Source: Anaeromyxobacteraceae bacterium
GTDB taxonomy: Bacteria > Myxococcota > Myxococcia > Myxococcales > Anaeromyxobacteraceae
DNA length: 64,000 nt
Assembly (NCBI GenBank): GCA_047602405.1
Contig: JASGHJ010000002.1
Location: 3,072,001-3,136,000 of the forward strand
Direction of reading: 5' to 3'
In this document: positions 1 through 9,999 of the stretch, one piece after another
Layout: each line of letters begins with the position of its first letter
Position numbering within the stretch: the first letter of the stretch is position 1
Notes under the pieces: model-generated
The model's database searches: none
Seen by the model: the letters and a program-made list of their open reading frames with translations, nothing else
What the model was told of the DNA's origin: nothing
Made by a program: the position numbers and the translations under genes

Positions 1-52
1 ACGGAGAGCGATTTCGCCCGTGCGGACGAGGTCCCGGCCGCGAAAGCGCCCG

Positions 53-98
53 AAAACACACCGGGCGGCCACGCTCCTCGCGCAGCCGCCCGGCGGTG
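53..98 (-). terminator. Probable intrinsic terminator downstream of infB
   Basis: Minus strand reads CCGGGCGGCTGCGC-GAGGA-GCGTGGCCGCCCGG followed by TGTGTTTT, about 20 nt after the infB stop. Confidence 0.6.
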
Positions 99-117
99 AA
101 CCTGGAACCTCGAACGG

Positions 118-2922
118 CTAGTCGAGCGAAGGGCGCAGCTCCTCGAGCTCGAAGACCTCGAGCTGGTCGCCGGCCTTCACGTCCGGGAAGTCGACGCCGA
201 TGCCGCACTCGAGCGGCGCCGCGACCTCGCGGACGTCGTCCTTGAGCCGCTTCAGCGAGGTCACCTTGCCGGTGAACACCACCTTGCGGTCGCGGAGGAC
301 GCGCGCGTTGGCGTTGCGCTTCACGACACCCTCGGTCACCGCGGAGCCGGCGATGGGGCCGAGCTTCGGGATGTTGAAGAGCGCGCGGACCTCGGCCTTC
401 CCGAGCGGCTTCTCCCGGATGATGGGCTCGAGGAGGTTGATCATCTCGTCGCGGATCTTGTCGACGGCCTCGTAGATGATGCTGAACAGCAAGATCTTCG
501 CGCCCTGCTGGCTCGCCATCTGCGCGACCTTCACCTCGGGCTTCGTGTTGAAGCCCACGATGACCGCGCTGCCCGCCGCGGCGGTGAGGATGTCGGACTC
601 GGTGATGGCGCCGACGCCGGAGCTGAGGATGCGGATCCCCACCTTCTTGGTGGCCGCCTTCTCGAGCGCCTGCTTCACGGCCTCGGCCGAGCCCTGCACG
701 TCGGCCTTCACGACGACGTTGAGCACCTTCGCGGCGTTGGTCTTCGCCTTCGCGAACAGGTCCTCGAGGGTGGCCTTCTTCGAGACCCCGAGCTCCTTCT
801 GGCGGGCCTTCAGGGCCCGGTGCTCGGCGACCTCCTTCGCGGCGTTCTCGTCCTCGACGACGTTGAACTCGTCGCCGGCGACGGGCACGCCGGACAGGCC
901 CAGCACCTCGACCGGGTAGCCGGGGCCGACGTCGTCCACCTGCTCGCCGCGCTCGTTCATCATGGCGCGGACGCGGCCGTGGTGGATGCCGGTGACGATC
1001 GGGTCGCCGACGCGGAGGGTGCCCTCCTCGACGAGGACGGTCGCGACCGGGCCGCGGCCCTTCTCGAGCTTCGCCTCGATGACGCGGCCGGCGGCGAGCG
1101 TCTCGGGGTTCGACTTGAGCTCGAGCACCTCGGACTGCAGCGAGATGTACTCGAGGAGCTCGGGGATGCCCTGCTTCGTGCGGGCGGAGACGGGCACCAT
1201 GATGGTGGTGCCGCCCCACTGCTCGGCCACGAGCTCGTACTCGGTGAGCTGCTGCATGACGCGCTCGGGCGTCGCGCCCGGCTTGTCGATCTTGTTGATG
1301 GCGACGAGGATCGTCACCCCGGCGGCCTTCGCCGCCTTGATCGACTCGATGGTCTGCGGCATCACGCCGTCGTCCGCCGCCACCACCAGCACGACGAGGT
1401 CGGTCACCGCGGCGCCGCGCTGGCGCATGGCGGTGAAGGCCTCGTGGCCGGGGGTGTCGAGGAAGGTGATCGGGCCGTGCGGCGTGTTCACCGCGTAGGC
1501 GCCGATGTGCTGGGTGATGCCGCCGGCCTCGCCGGAGGCGACGTCGGCCTCGCGGATGGCGTCGAGGAGCGAGGTCTTGCCGTGGTCGACGTGGCCCATG
1601 ACGGTCACGACCGGCGGGCGGATGACGAGCTTCGACTCGTCGACCTCGACCTCGGGGATGAACTCCTCGACCTCGAAGCCCTTCTTCTCGACCGTGAAGC
1701 CCTTCTCGAGGGCGAGCACCGCGGCCGTGTCGGCGTCGATCTGGGCGTTGATGGTGACCATCTTGCCCGACTGCATGAGCTTGCGGATGAGATCGGCGGC
1801 CTTCACGCCCATGGCCTGCGACAGCTCGGAGACCGAGATCGACTCCTCGATCCGGATCACCTTCTTGTGCTCGGCGCGCTCGGTGATCTGCGTCTTGGCT
1901 CCCTTCTTGGTCGGCTTCTTCTTCTTGCCGCGGATGGGGATGTAGGTGCGGTCGGCGGTCGCGGCCTGGAGGAGCTCGCGGCCGGACATGTTCTTCGCGG
2001 CCTCCTCCGACACCGGGCGGCCGGTGCCGCGGCCCTTCTTCTTGTCGCGGCTGACGTCGATGAACTCGCGCTCGCGCCCGAGCATGCCCGGGACGACCTT
2101 GAGCTCGCGGACGGCGCCGAGGGCGCGGGGCCCGGGGGCCATCGGGAAGTTGCCGGGCGCGCGGGTCGGCGGCGTCACGCGGCGGACCGGGATGGTCGGG
2201 CGCGAGATGACGACGGCCTGCGTGGCCGTCGGGCGCAGCGTGCGCGGGTCGACCGGCGGGCGCGGCGGCACGGCGGGCGCGTGCGGCGCGCCGGCGGCCA
2301 TCGGCGCGTGCGCGCCGGCCGGGTGCGCCGCGGCCGGATGTGCGGCGGCCGGGTGCGCCGCCGGCGCGTGCGGCGCGGGCGGGTGGGCGACGGGCGCGTG
2401 CGGCGCGGGCGCCGGGGCCCTCGGGGCGGCGGCCGCCGGGGCCGGCGCCGCGGCGGGCGCGGGCGGCGTCACGGTCGCGCCGGCGGCGGGGGCGGCCTCG
2501 GGCGCGGCGGCAGCGGCCGGGGACGGCTCGGGCGCGGCCTGGGCCGCGATGGCCGGGGCGGCGGGCTCCGGGGCGGCGACCGGCTCGGGCGCGGGCGCCT
2601 CGACGGGCTCCGGCTCCGGCGCCGCGACCGGCTCGGGCGCGGCCGCGACGGGGGCCGGCGCGGGCGCCGGGGCGGGCGCGTCGTGCGCGCGCTTGCGGAC
2701 GACGAAGCCCGGGCCGGACGGCTTGACGGGCGCCGGCTTGGGCTTCTTCTCGTTGAGGATGCGCTCGTACGCGGAAGCCGCCTGGTCGTCCTCCAGCGTG
2801 GACGAGTGGCTCTTCACGTCGTAGCCGAGCGCGTGGAGCTTGTCGACGAGCTCCTGGTTGCTGAGCTCGATCCCGTGCTCCTTGAGCTGCTTTCCGAGCT
2901 CGTGGACCCGCTTCTTGGACAT
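118..2922 (-). CDS. infB: Translation initiation factor IF-2
   Basis: 934 aa; N-terminal KKRVHELGKQL, Pro/Ala-rich linker, G-domain RPPVVTVMGHVDHGKTSLLD, DTPGHEAF, NKID; downstream of nusA. Confidence 0.99.
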   Translation of the reverse strand: MSKKRVHELGKQLKEHGIELSNQELVDKLHALGYDVKSHSSTLEDDQAASAYERILNEKKPKPAPVKPSGPGFVVRKRAHDAPAPAPAPAPVAAAPEPVAAPEPEPVEAPAPEPVAAPEPAAPAIAAQAAPEPSPAAAAAPEAAPAAGATVTPPAPAAAPAPAAAAPRAPAPAPHAPVAHPPAPHAPAAHPAAAHPAAAHPAGAHAPMAAGAPHAPAVPPRPPVDPRTLRPTATQAVVISRPTIPVRRVTPPTRAPGNFPMAPGPRALGAVRELKVVPGMLGREREFIDVSRDKKKGRGTGRPVSEEAAKNMSGRELLQAATADRTYIPIRGKKKKPTKKGAKTQITERAEHKKVIRIEESISVSELSQAMGVKAADLIRKLMQSGKMVTINAQIDADTAAVLALEKGFTVEKKGFEVEEFIPEVEVDESKLVIRPPVVTVMGHVDHGKTSLLDAIREADVASGEAGGITQHIGAYAVNTPHGPITFLDTPGHEAFTAMRQRGAAVTDLVVLVVAADDGVMPQTIESIKAAKAAGVTILVAINKIDKPGATPERVMQQLTEYELVAEQWGGTTIMVPVSARTKQGIPELLEYISLQSEVLELKSNPETLAAGRVIEAKLEKGRGPVATVLVEEGTLRVGDPIVTGIHHGRVRAMMNERGEQVDDVGPGYPVEVLGLSGVPVAGDEFNVVEDENAAKEVAEHRALKARQKELGVSKKATLEDLFAKAKTNAAKVLNVVVKADVQGSAEAVKQALEKAATKKVGIRILSSGVGAITESDILTAAAGSAVIVGFNTKPEVKVAQMASQQGAKILLFSIIYEAVDKIRDEMINLLEPIIREKPLGKAEVRALFNIPKLGPIAGSAVTEGVVKRNANARVLRDRKVVFTGKVTSLKRLKDDVREVAAPLECGIGVDFPDVKAGDQLEVFELEELRPSLD

Positions 2923-2933
2923 TGCGTTGACTC

Positions 2934-3218
2934 CTAATCCTTACGCGCGTTTCCCGTCAACCCGACGCGGAGCGCCGACTCGTCCACCGCCACGTCGAGG
3001 CGACGGAGCGCCCGGGGGATCGCGCGCCGCTTCACGGCCGCGGACAGGCAGGCCTCGCGCCCGTGCAGCCAGGCGCCCCGCCCTCCCCGCGTCTTCTCGC
3101 GATCCACGATCACCCGGTTCTCCTCCACCGCGATCCTCACCAGCACCGACCGTTCGGCCCGCTTCCCGCAGCCCAGGCAGGTCCGGACGGGACCTGCGCT
3201 CGGGGTGAGCGGACTCAG
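2934..3218 (-). CDS. ylxR: YlxR/DUF448 family RNA-binding protein
   Basis: PVRTCLGCG...LVRI...GGRGAWLH...C motif; lies between nusA and infB; start uncertain (CTG overlapping the nusA TGA). Confidence 0.88.
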   Translation of the reverse strand: MSPLTPSAGPVRTCLGCGKRAERSVLVRIAVEENRVIVDREKTRGGRGAWLHGREACLSAAVKRRAIPRALRRLDVAVDESALRVGLTGNARKD

Positions 3219-4876
3219 ATGGGCGCCCCGCCGCGCAGCTTCTCGGCGTCGAGCTCGGCGCGGAGCTTCGCCTCCTCCTCGAGGTAGACGCCCGCGGCGT
3301 GCTTGATCTGCCGGACCTTCTTGATCCCGAGCCCGCTCGAGTCGGCCAGCTTGTTCATGTCGGTCTCGGCGTGGATCGCCTCGACCGTCGGGTAGCCGGC
3401 GTTCTTGAGCGCCTCGATGGTCTTCTCGCCGACGCCGCGCACCCGGGCCATCCGCTCCTCCTGCGAGAGCGAGTCGGGGTGCCGGCGCGCCTCGGCGATG
3501 CGGGCCGCCTCGCGCTCCTGCTCGAGCTGCATCTCCTTCTCGGCGTCCACGATGGCCTGCTCGCGGGCCCGCTTCTGCAGGTCCGGGATCATGTCCATCG
3601 TGAAGCCCGGGAACTGGGTCAGCATCTCGGGCGCGGCGTTGGCGACGTCCTGCGCCTTGCGGAAGCCGTGGGCGTAGAGCATCTCCTGCGTCTGCTCGGG
3701 GATCTCGATCGCGCCGAAGCTCTCGATCGCGAACTCGTGCATCTCCTTCACGCGCGACTCGGAGTTGATGTCGAGCTTCCACCCGGTGAGCTGGGAGGCG
3801 AGGCGCACGTTCTGGCCGCGGCGGCCGATGGCCAGCGAGAGCTGGTCGTCGGGGACGATGATCTCCATCGCGCCGTTCTGCTCGTCGAGGAGCACGCGGC
3901 TGACCTCGGCGGGCGCGAGCGCGTTGCACACGAAGCGGGCTGGGTCCTCGTCCCAGGGGACGATGTCGATCTTCTCGCCGCGGAGCTCCTGCACGACCGC
4001 CTGCACGCGGGAGCCCTTCATGCCGACGCAGGCGCCGACCGGGTCGACGTCGCTGTCGCGCGAGGAGACCGCGATCTTGGCGCGGCCGCCCGGCTCGCGG
4101 GCGGCGGCCTCGATGACCACCACGCCCTCGGCGATCTCGGGCACCTCCATCTCGAACAGCTTGCGGAGGAGCTCGACCGAGGCGCGGCTGAGGATGATCT
4201 GCGGCCCCTTCGACTCGCGGAGCACGTCGACCACGAACGCCTGGACCCGGTCGCCGGCGCGGTAGCTCTCGCGCGGCACCTGCTCGCGGACCGGGAGCAC
4301 CGCCTCGGCGCGGCCGAGGTCGACGATGACGTTGCCGCGCTCGAAGCGCCGCACGATGCCGGTGATGACCTCGCCCTTGCGGTCCTTGTACTCGTTGAAG
4401 ACGTTCTCGCGCTCGGCGTTGCGCGTCCCCTGGATCATGACCTGCTTCGCGGTCTGGGCCGCGATGCGCCCGAACGAGCGCCGGTAGGTCTTGAGCTTCA
4501 GGAGATCGCCCCACTGCTCGTCCTGGGCGCGCGCCTCGGCCTCGTCCTCGGACCGGTAGTAGATCGGGAAGTCGAGCTCGTCGCCCGGCTCCACCTCGAT
4601 GCCCTTCTCGTGCGCGACCGACACCGGGATCATGTTCACCGGGTCGGCGATGGGCGCCTCCTCGGTCGGCTCGGCCACGATGGTGAGGACCTGGAAGAGG
4701 TCGACCTGGCCCTTGTCCTCGTCGTACTTCGCCTTGACGTTCCGCTCCATGCCGAAGTGGCGCTTGGCGGCGGAGGCGATCGCCTCCTCGAGGATCTCGA
4801 TCAGCTTGGGCCGATCGATGCCCTTGTCCTTGGCGACCTGGTCGAGGATGAGGTTCAGGTTCACGTTCTGCTGCAT
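3215..4876 (-). CDS. nusA: Transcription termination/antitermination factor NusA
   Basis: [13 protein letters not shown]1 and KH domains ([33 protein letters not shown]), C-terminal HhH-like repeats; ATG at 4876. Confidence 0.98.
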   Translation of the reverse strand: MQQNVNLNLILDQVAKDKGIDRPKLIEILEEAIASAAKRHFGMERNVKAKYDEDKGQVDLFQVLTIVAEPTEEAPIADPVNMIPVSVAHEKGIEVEPGDELDFPIYYRSEDEAEARAQDEQWGDLLKLKTYRRSFGRIAAQTAKQVMIQGTRNAERENVFNEYKDRKGEVITGIVRRFERGNVIVDLGRAEAVLPVREQVPRESYRAGDRVQAFVVDVLRESKGPQIILSRASVELLRKLFEMEVPEIAEGVVVIEAAAREPGGRAKIAVSSRDSDVDPVGACVGMKGSRVQAVVQELRGEKIDIVPWDEDPARFVCNALAPAEVSRVLLDEQNGAMEIIVPDDQLSLAIGRRGQNVRLASQLTGWKLDINSESRVKEMHEFAIESFGAIEIPEQTQEMLYAHGFRKAQDVANAAPEMLTQFPGFTMDMIPDLQKRAREQAIVDAEKEMQLEQEREAARIAEARRHPDSLSQEERMARVRGVGEKTIEALKNAGYPTVEAIHAETDMNKLADSSGLGIKKVRQIKHAAGVYLEEEAKLRAELDAEKLRGGAPI

Positions 4877-4878
4877 GG

Positions 4879-5394
4879 TCAGTCCTTCCTGCGGAGATCG
4901 GCCTCGACGTCGTACTCGAGGTGGGCCTTCGCGATCCGGTCGTGCGGAATGCGGTGGAGGGTGCCGTCCACGTCGACGAGGACGGCGCGGTCCTCGTACC
5001 CGCGGAGCACGCCGGTCCAGCTCTTGCGGGCGGGGGAGCCCGGCGCCGTGTCCGCGAGCGGACCGTACGCCTTCACCACCACCCGCTGGCCGGCCCAGCG
5101 GACGAAGTGCTCGGGCTTGCGGAGCGGCCGGTCGAGGCCCGGCGACGAGACCTCGAGGTCGTACGCCGGCTCGATGAAGTCCTCGACGTCGAGCATGGGC
5201 TCGACCGTGCGCGAGACGGTCTGGCAGTCGTCGACGCCGACGCCCCCCTCGCGGTCGATGAAGAGGCGCAGCGTCCACCGGCCGCCGCCGCGGCTCCACT
5301 CCACCTCGACGAGCTCGTAGCCGTCGCGCAGGAGCACGGGCTCGAGGAGAGCTCGCGCGCGCTCGGCGATGTTGTCCTGGGCAATCCCGGACAT
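4879..5394 (-). CDS. rimP: Ribosome maturation factor RimP
   Basis: LRLFIDREGGVGVDDCQTVSR and YDLEVSSPGLDRPL motifs; first gene of the nusA-infB operon. Confidence 0.97.
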   Translation of the reverse strand: MSGIAQDNIAERARALLEPVLLRDGYELVEVEWSRGGGRWTLRLFIDREGGVGVDDCQTVSRTVEPMLDVEDFIEPAYDLEVSSPGLDRPLRKPEHFVRWAGQRVVVKAYGPLADTAPGSPARKSWTGVLRGYEDRAVLVDVDGTLHRIPHDRIAKAHLEYDVEADLRRKD

Positions 5395-5413
5395 CGTTGG
5401 TTTCAGCGCTCCC

Positions 5414-5447
5414 AAAAACAAAAAAGTGGGCCGACCGCGCCCACTTT
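5414..5447 (-). terminator. Terminator/attenuator hairpin in the rimP leader
   Basis: Minus strand AAAGTGGGC-GCGGTCG-GCCCACTTT followed by TTTGTTTTT, about 20 nt upstream of the rimP ATG. Confidence 0.75.
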
Positions 5448-5486
5448 CGGCCCCGGCGCCCGCCGGGTCTCGAAAATGTGGGTGGG

Positions 5487-5515
5487 TGAGTAACAGACCC
5501 CGACGGACGCGTCAA
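5487..5515 (-). promoter_or_regulatory. Putative sigma70 promoter of the rimP-nusA-infB operon
   Basis: Minus strand TTGACG-N17-TACTCA with TG extended -10; the -10 is imperfect. Confidence 0.5.
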
Positions 5516-5586
5516 GGAACGCCCGGGAGCCCGCCGGCCCGGCAGCGCCGACGAGAATGGCCAGTCCCCGCGAGGGGTTGCGTCGC

Positions 5587-6337
5587 TCAGGCCGGCAGCT
5601 TCAGGTGCAGGAGCCACTCCCGGTTGCCGGCCGGCCCCTCGATCGGGCTCTCGGCGTGCCCGAGCACGAGGAAGCCGAGCAGGCGCGCCGCCTCCGACAC
5701 CGCCTCGAGCGCCTCCCGGCGCTTCCCGTCGTCCCGGACCACGCCGCCCTTGCCGACCTCGCCCTTCCCCACCTCGAACTGCGGCTTCACGAGCAGGACC
5801 GCCTCGCCGCCCGGCCGCAGCACGTCCCTCACGGCGGGCAGGACGAGCTTCAGCGAGATGAAGGAGGAGATCGCCCACCACGAGCTCGACCCGCTCGCCG
5901 AGCGCGGCCGCGGTGAGGTGGCGGGCGTTCTCGCGCTCCCGCACCACCACCCGCGGGTCGTCGCGCAGCTTCGGGTGGAGCTGGCCGTAGCCGACGTCGA
6001 CCGCGTACACCCTCGCGGCGCCGCGCTGCAGGAGGAGGTCGGTGAAGCCGCCCGTCGAGGCGCCCAAATCGGCGCAGGTCTTCCCGGCGGGATCGAGCGG
6101 GAACGCCGCGAGCGCGCCCTCGAGCTTCAGGGCGCCGCGCGAGACGAACCGCTTCGGCGCGGCGTCCTCCTTGAGGCGGATGGGCGCGGCGGGGTCGACC
6201 AGCGCGCCGGGCTTGTCGACCCGGGCCTCGCCCACCACCACCGCGCCCGCGATCACGAGCGCCTGCGCCTGCGTGCGCGAGGCGGCGAGGCCGCGCTCGA
6301 CGAGCACGAGGTCGATCCGCTCGCGCCGCGGCTTCAC
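5587..6337 (-). CDS. tlyA: TlyA family rRNA methyltransferase (frameshift near 5866, probable sequence error)
   Basis: S4 domain RIDLVLVERGL, FVSRGALKL, DLGASTGGFTD, DVGYGQL; removing one base restores DLSFISL and joins LVKPQFE...GPAGNREW; GTG overlaps the dxs stop. Confidence 0.9.
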
Positions 6338-8244
6338 GCCGTCGCGCGCCGCGCGCGCTCGCCGACGATCTCGCGGCAGGCGCGGGCGATGCCGGCCTGG
6401 TCGAAGCCGAGCTCGGCGCGCTGCTTCGCGGCGTCGCCGTGGGTGATGAAGGCGTCGGGGAGGCCGAGCCGGCGCACCGGCAGGCCGTCGGCGACGAGGC
6501 CGCGCTCCTCGAGCGCCTCGAGGCACGCCGCGCCGAAGCCGCCGGGCAGGCAGCCCTCCTCCACCGTGACGAGCCGGCCCGCGCGGCCGACCTCGGCCAC
6601 GAGGAGCTCCACGTCGAGCGGCTTCACGAAGCGGGCGTCCACGACCGTGACCGCGAGGCCGTCGGCCGCGAGGGCCTCCGCCGCGGCGACCGCCGGCCGC
6701 ACCGTGGTGCCGACGGCGAACACGCAGACGTCCGGCTTCCCCGGCACGTTCCGGACGATCCGGCCCTTGCCGACCGGCAACGCCTGGGGCTCCGGGTCGA
6801 GCTGCACGCCCTCGACGGCGTTGCGCGGGAAGCGCAGCGCGGCCGGGCCGTCGACGGTGAGCGCGGTGCGGAGCATGTGCCTGAGCTCGTTCTCGTCGGA
6901 CGGCGCCATCACGACGAGGTTCGGCACGCAGCGCAGGTAGGCGAGGTCGAACGCGCCCTGGTGCGTCTTGCCGTCGGCGCCCACGAGGCCGCCGCGGTCG
7001 AGCGCGAAGGTGACCGGGAGCTTCTGCAGCGCGACGTCGTGGATGATCTGATCGTAGGCGCGCTGCAGGAAGGTCGAGTAGATGGCCGCGACCGGGCGGA
7101 TGCCCTCGCAGGCGAGGCCGGCGGCGAAGGTGACCGCGTGCTGCTCGGCGATGCCGACGTCGTAGACGCGCTCGGGGAAGACCTTCTTCGCCTTGATGAG
7201 CCCGGTGCCCTCGAGCATCGCGGCGGTGATGCCGACCACCTTCGGGTCGCGCTCCATCTCGGCGATGAGCGCCTCGGCGAAGGCGTCGGTGTACTGCTTC
7301 GCGCCGCCCTTCTTCACCGACTTGCCGGTCGCGACGTCGAAGAACGAGAGGCCGTGGCCGCGGGTGGCGGTGTCGGACTCGGCGAAGTGGTAGCCCTTGC
7401 CCTTCGTGGTGATGGCGTGCAGCAGCACCGGCCCGTCGAAGACCGCGAGCTTCTGGAGGCACTCGACGAGCGCCGCGACGTCGTGGCCGTCGACCGGGCC
7501 GACGTAGTGGAAGCCGAGCCCCTCGAAGAGGATCCCCGGCGTGACGAGCGCCTTCGTCGCGTTGATGCCGTGGCGGATCATCTCGATCGCCTCGGGCCCG
7601 CGCGGCACCTGCGAGAGGAACTCCTTCACGGCCTTGCGCCAGCGGTTGTAGGTCCGCGAGGCGAACTTCTTCGAGAACCACTCGCTCATCGCGCCGACGT
7701 TCGGCGAGATGGACATCTCGTTGTCGTTGAGGACGACGAGCAGGTTCCGGCCGAGGTAGCCGGACTGGTTGAGCCCCTCGAACGCGACGCCGCCGGTGAG
7801 CGCGCCGTCGCCGATGAGGGCGACGACCTTGCCCGGCTCGCCGGTCATCCGCTTCGCCTCGAGCATGCCGAGCGCGGCGGAGATGGAGGTGGAGGCGTGG
7901 CCCACGCCGAACGCGTCGTGCTCGGACTCGTGCCGCTCCGGGAAGCCGGCGAGGCCGCCCGGCGTGCGGATGGTGCGGAAGCGGTCGCGCCGCCCGGTGA
8001 GGAGCTTGTGCGCGTAGGCCTGGTGGCCGACGTCCCAGACGAGCTTGTCGGTCGGGGAGTCGAAGACGTAGTGCAGCGCCACGTTGAGCTCGACCGCGCC
8101 CAAGGACGACCCGAGGTGGCCGCCGGTCCTGGCGCAGGTCTCCACGATCTCGTCGCGGATCTCCTGGCAGAGCCCGGGCAGGTCGGCGACCGGCACCTTC
8201 TTGAGATCGGCGGGCGAGTCGATGGTGTCGAGGATGCGGCTCAT
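6334..8244 (-). CDS. dxs: 1-deoxy-D-xylulose-5-phosphate synthase
   Basis: GGHLGSSLGAVEL, WDVGHQAYAHK, GDGALTGG, DVGIAEQHAV, DRGGLVGADGKTHQG. Confidence 0.98.
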   Translation of the reverse strand: MSRILDTIDSPADLKKVPVADLPGLCQEIRDEIVETCARTGGHLGSSLGAVELNVALHYVFDSPTDKLVWDVGHQAYAHKLLTGRRDRFRTIRTPGGLAGFPERHESEHDAFGVGHASTSISAALGMLEAKRMTGEPGKVVALIGDGALTGGVAFEGLNQSGYLGRNLLVVLNDNEMSISPNVGAMSEWFSKKFASRTYNRWRKAVKEFLSQVPRGPEAIEMIRHGINATKALVTPGILFEGLGFHYVGPVDGHDVAALVECLQKLAVFDGPVLLHAITTKGKGYHFAESDTATRGHGLSFFDVATGKSVKKGGAKQYTDAFAEALIAEMERDPKVVGITAAMLEGTGLIKAKKVFPERVYDVGIAEQHAVTFAAGLACEGIRPVAAIYSTFLQRAYDQIIHDVALQKLPVTFALDRGGLVGADGKTHQGAFDLAYLRCVPNLVVMAPSDENELRHMLRTALTVDGPAALRFPRNAVEGVQLDPEPQALPVGKGRIVRNVPGKPDVCVFAVGTTVRPAVAAAEALAADGLAVTVVDARFVKPLDVELLVAEVGRAGRLVTVEEGCLPGGFGAACLEALEERGLVADGLPVRRLGLPDAFITHGDAAKQRAELGFDQAGIARACREIVGERARRATA

Positions 8245-8262
8245 CGTCGTCTTCCTCCGCGG

Positions 8263-9141
8263 CTACTTCCGACGGGAATACACGAACCGGGCCAGCGCGC
8301 GCAGCGGCTCCGCGCGGGGCCCCAGCTCGGCGAGGCCCGAGAGGGCCCGCGTCACGAGCCCCTCGGCCCGGCGGCGTGCCTCGTCGGGCCCCACCACCGC
8401 GTGCAGCGTGGACTTCCCCGCCTCGGCGTCCTTGCCGGCCCGCTTGCCGAGGGTGGCGCTGTCGGCGGTGAGGTCGAGGAGGTCGTCGGCGATCTGGAAC
8501 GCGAGCCCGAGGTCGAGGCCGATGCGCTGGGCGGGCGCGAGCGGCGCGCCGGCGCAGACCGCGCCGCCGGCAACCGCGGCCGCGACGAGCGCGCCGGTCT
8601 TGGTCGCCATGAGCTCCATGACCTCGCGCTCGCCGAGGTGGGCGTGCTCGCCCTCGATGTCGCGGACCTGGCCCTCGACCATGAGCATCGCGCCCTCGGC
8701 GAGCAGCCGCCCGAGCGTGACCGCGCGCGGATCGTCGGCCCCGAAGAGGTGCCTGAACGCGAGCGCCTGCAGCGCGTCGCCCACGAGGATCGCGGTCGCC
8801 TCGTCGAAGGCCTTGTGGACGGTGGGGCGGCCGCGGCGCAGGTCGTCGTCGTCCATCGCCGGCAGGTCGTCGTGCACGAGCGAGTACGTGTGGATCGCCT
8901 CGAGCGCGACCGCGAACCGGAGCGCGAGCGGGTCGTCGCCCGCGCCGCCGTGCGCCTCGCAGGAGGCGAACACGAGCGCGGGGCGCAGGCGCTTGCCGCC
9001 GCCGAGGAGCGCGTAGCGCACGGCCTCGGCGAGCCGCGGCGGGCCCTTCCCGGCGCGCTCGTCGGCGAGCGCCGCGAGGCGCGGCTCGACCCGTCCGGCG
9101 ACCTCGTGGAGGTAGGCCTCGATGGAGAGATCGGGCTCCAA
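8263..9141 (-). CDS. ispA: Farnesyl/geranylgeranyl diphosphate synthase
   Basis: GGKRLRP, HTYSLVHDDLPAMDDDDLRRG, FQIADDLLD, GKD; xseB-ispA-dxs synteny. Confidence 0.93.
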   Translation of the reverse strand: MEPDLSIEAYLHEVAGRVEPRLAALADERAGKGPPRLAEAVRYALLGGGKRLRPALVFASCEAHGGAGDDPLALRFAVALEAIHTYSLVHDDLPAMDDDDLRRGRPTVHKAFDEATAILVGDALQALAFRHLFGADDPRAVTLGRLLAEGAMLMVEGQVRDIEGEHAHLGEREVMELMATKTGALVAAAVAGGAVCAGAPLAPAQRIGLDLGLAFQIADDLLDLTADSATLGKRAGKDAEAGKSTLHAVVGPDEARRRAEGLVTRALSGLAELGPRAEPLRALARFVYSRRK

Positions 9142-9266
9142 GCGGGACCGGTTCTAGCAGAATTCGGGGGGCCGGGCATGGCCGGCGGGCGTGTCGAAAC
9201 GTCCATTTCGCCCGTGTCCGGGCGGACACGCGGGGCGGCGTCCGCCGCCCGCGGCGGGCCCGGGGC

Positions 9267-9674
9267 TCAGACGGCGGGAGACGCGCCCTGCCGCCGGTGG
9301 AGGATCTCCCAGATCCGCCCCACCAGCCGGTCCATGTCGAGCGGCTTCGTGAAGTAGTCGATGGCGCCCGCCTCGAGGCCCGCGCGCTCGTCGTCGGGGG
9401 TGCCGCGCGCCGAGATGAAGATGACCGGCACGTCGCCGAAGGTGGGGTTCTTCTTGATGGCGCGGCAGAGCTCGTAGCCGTCAATCCAGCTCATCATCAC
9501 GTCGAGCAGGATCACGTCGGGCCGGTCCACGTGCATCGCGGAGATGAGCCGCAGGCCGTTCGCGGCCTGGCCCACGTCGAACCCCTCGAGCTCGAGCGCG
9601 AGCGTGAGCATCTCGCGCGTGTCGCGGTCGTCGTCGACGATGATGACGCGCGGCTTCGGGGTGGAGTCCGACAT
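9267..9674 (-). CDS. Single-domain response regulator (receiver only)
   Basis: IVDDD, ILLDVMM, FISA, TKP motifs; 135 aa. Confidence 0.92.
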   Translation of the reverse strand: MSDSTPKPRVIIVDDDRDTREMLTLALELEGFDVGQAANGLRLISAMHVDRPDVILLDVMMSWIDGYELCRAIKKNPTFGDVPVIFISARGTPDDERAGLEAGAIDYFTKPLDMDRLVGRIWEILHRRQGASPAV

Positions 9675-9682
9675 GCGGGGGC

Positions 9683-9961
9683 TCAGGACTTTGCCGCTGA
9701 GGCCGCTGCGGGCTCGAAGGGGACCGCCTCCTCGCCCCCGTCCGCCGACCGCACGAGCTGCTCCACGCGGGCCTCGGCCTCGTCGAGCTTGCGGGAGGCG
9801 TCGCGCGCGAGCCGCACGCCCTCCGCGAAGCGCTCGATCGACTGCTCGAGGGTCAGCTGCCCGCCCTCGAGCTCGCCCACGACCTTCTCGAGGCGCTCGA
9901 CCAGCGCGTCGTACGACGCGGCGCCGCTGCCTGACTGCTCCGCCTTTGCGGGCTCGCTCAC
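9683..9961 (-). CDS. xseB: Exodeoxyribonuclease VII small subunit
   Basis: YDALVERLEKVVGELEGGQLTLEQSIERFAEG...LDEAEARV. Confidence 0.93.
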   Translation of the reverse strand: MSEPAKAEQSGSGAASYDALVERLEKVVGELEGGQLTLEQSIERFAEGVRLARDASRKLDEAEARVEQLVRSADGGEEAVPFEPAAASAAKS

Positions 9962-9999
9962 GTGTCGGTTCCCCGTCCCCTGCTGCGCGATTCCTCTAC

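Noticed and set aside
2260..2680. Repeat-like GC-rich tract inside infB
   Set aside because: Encodes the Pro/Ala/His-rich linker typical of long IF-2 N-termini; not an independent element.
820..2937. Long antisense ORFs (also 6439-9357, 25238-27985, 33180-35858, 57435-60515 and others)
   Set aside because: Shadow ORFs opposite well-supported genes, expected from extreme GC3 bias, with no recognisable motifs.
3215..9484. 2089-aa giant ORF
   Set aside because: Stop-poor high-GC frame that strings together nusA, the tlyA N-terminus and off-frame sequence of dxs/ispA; not one protein.
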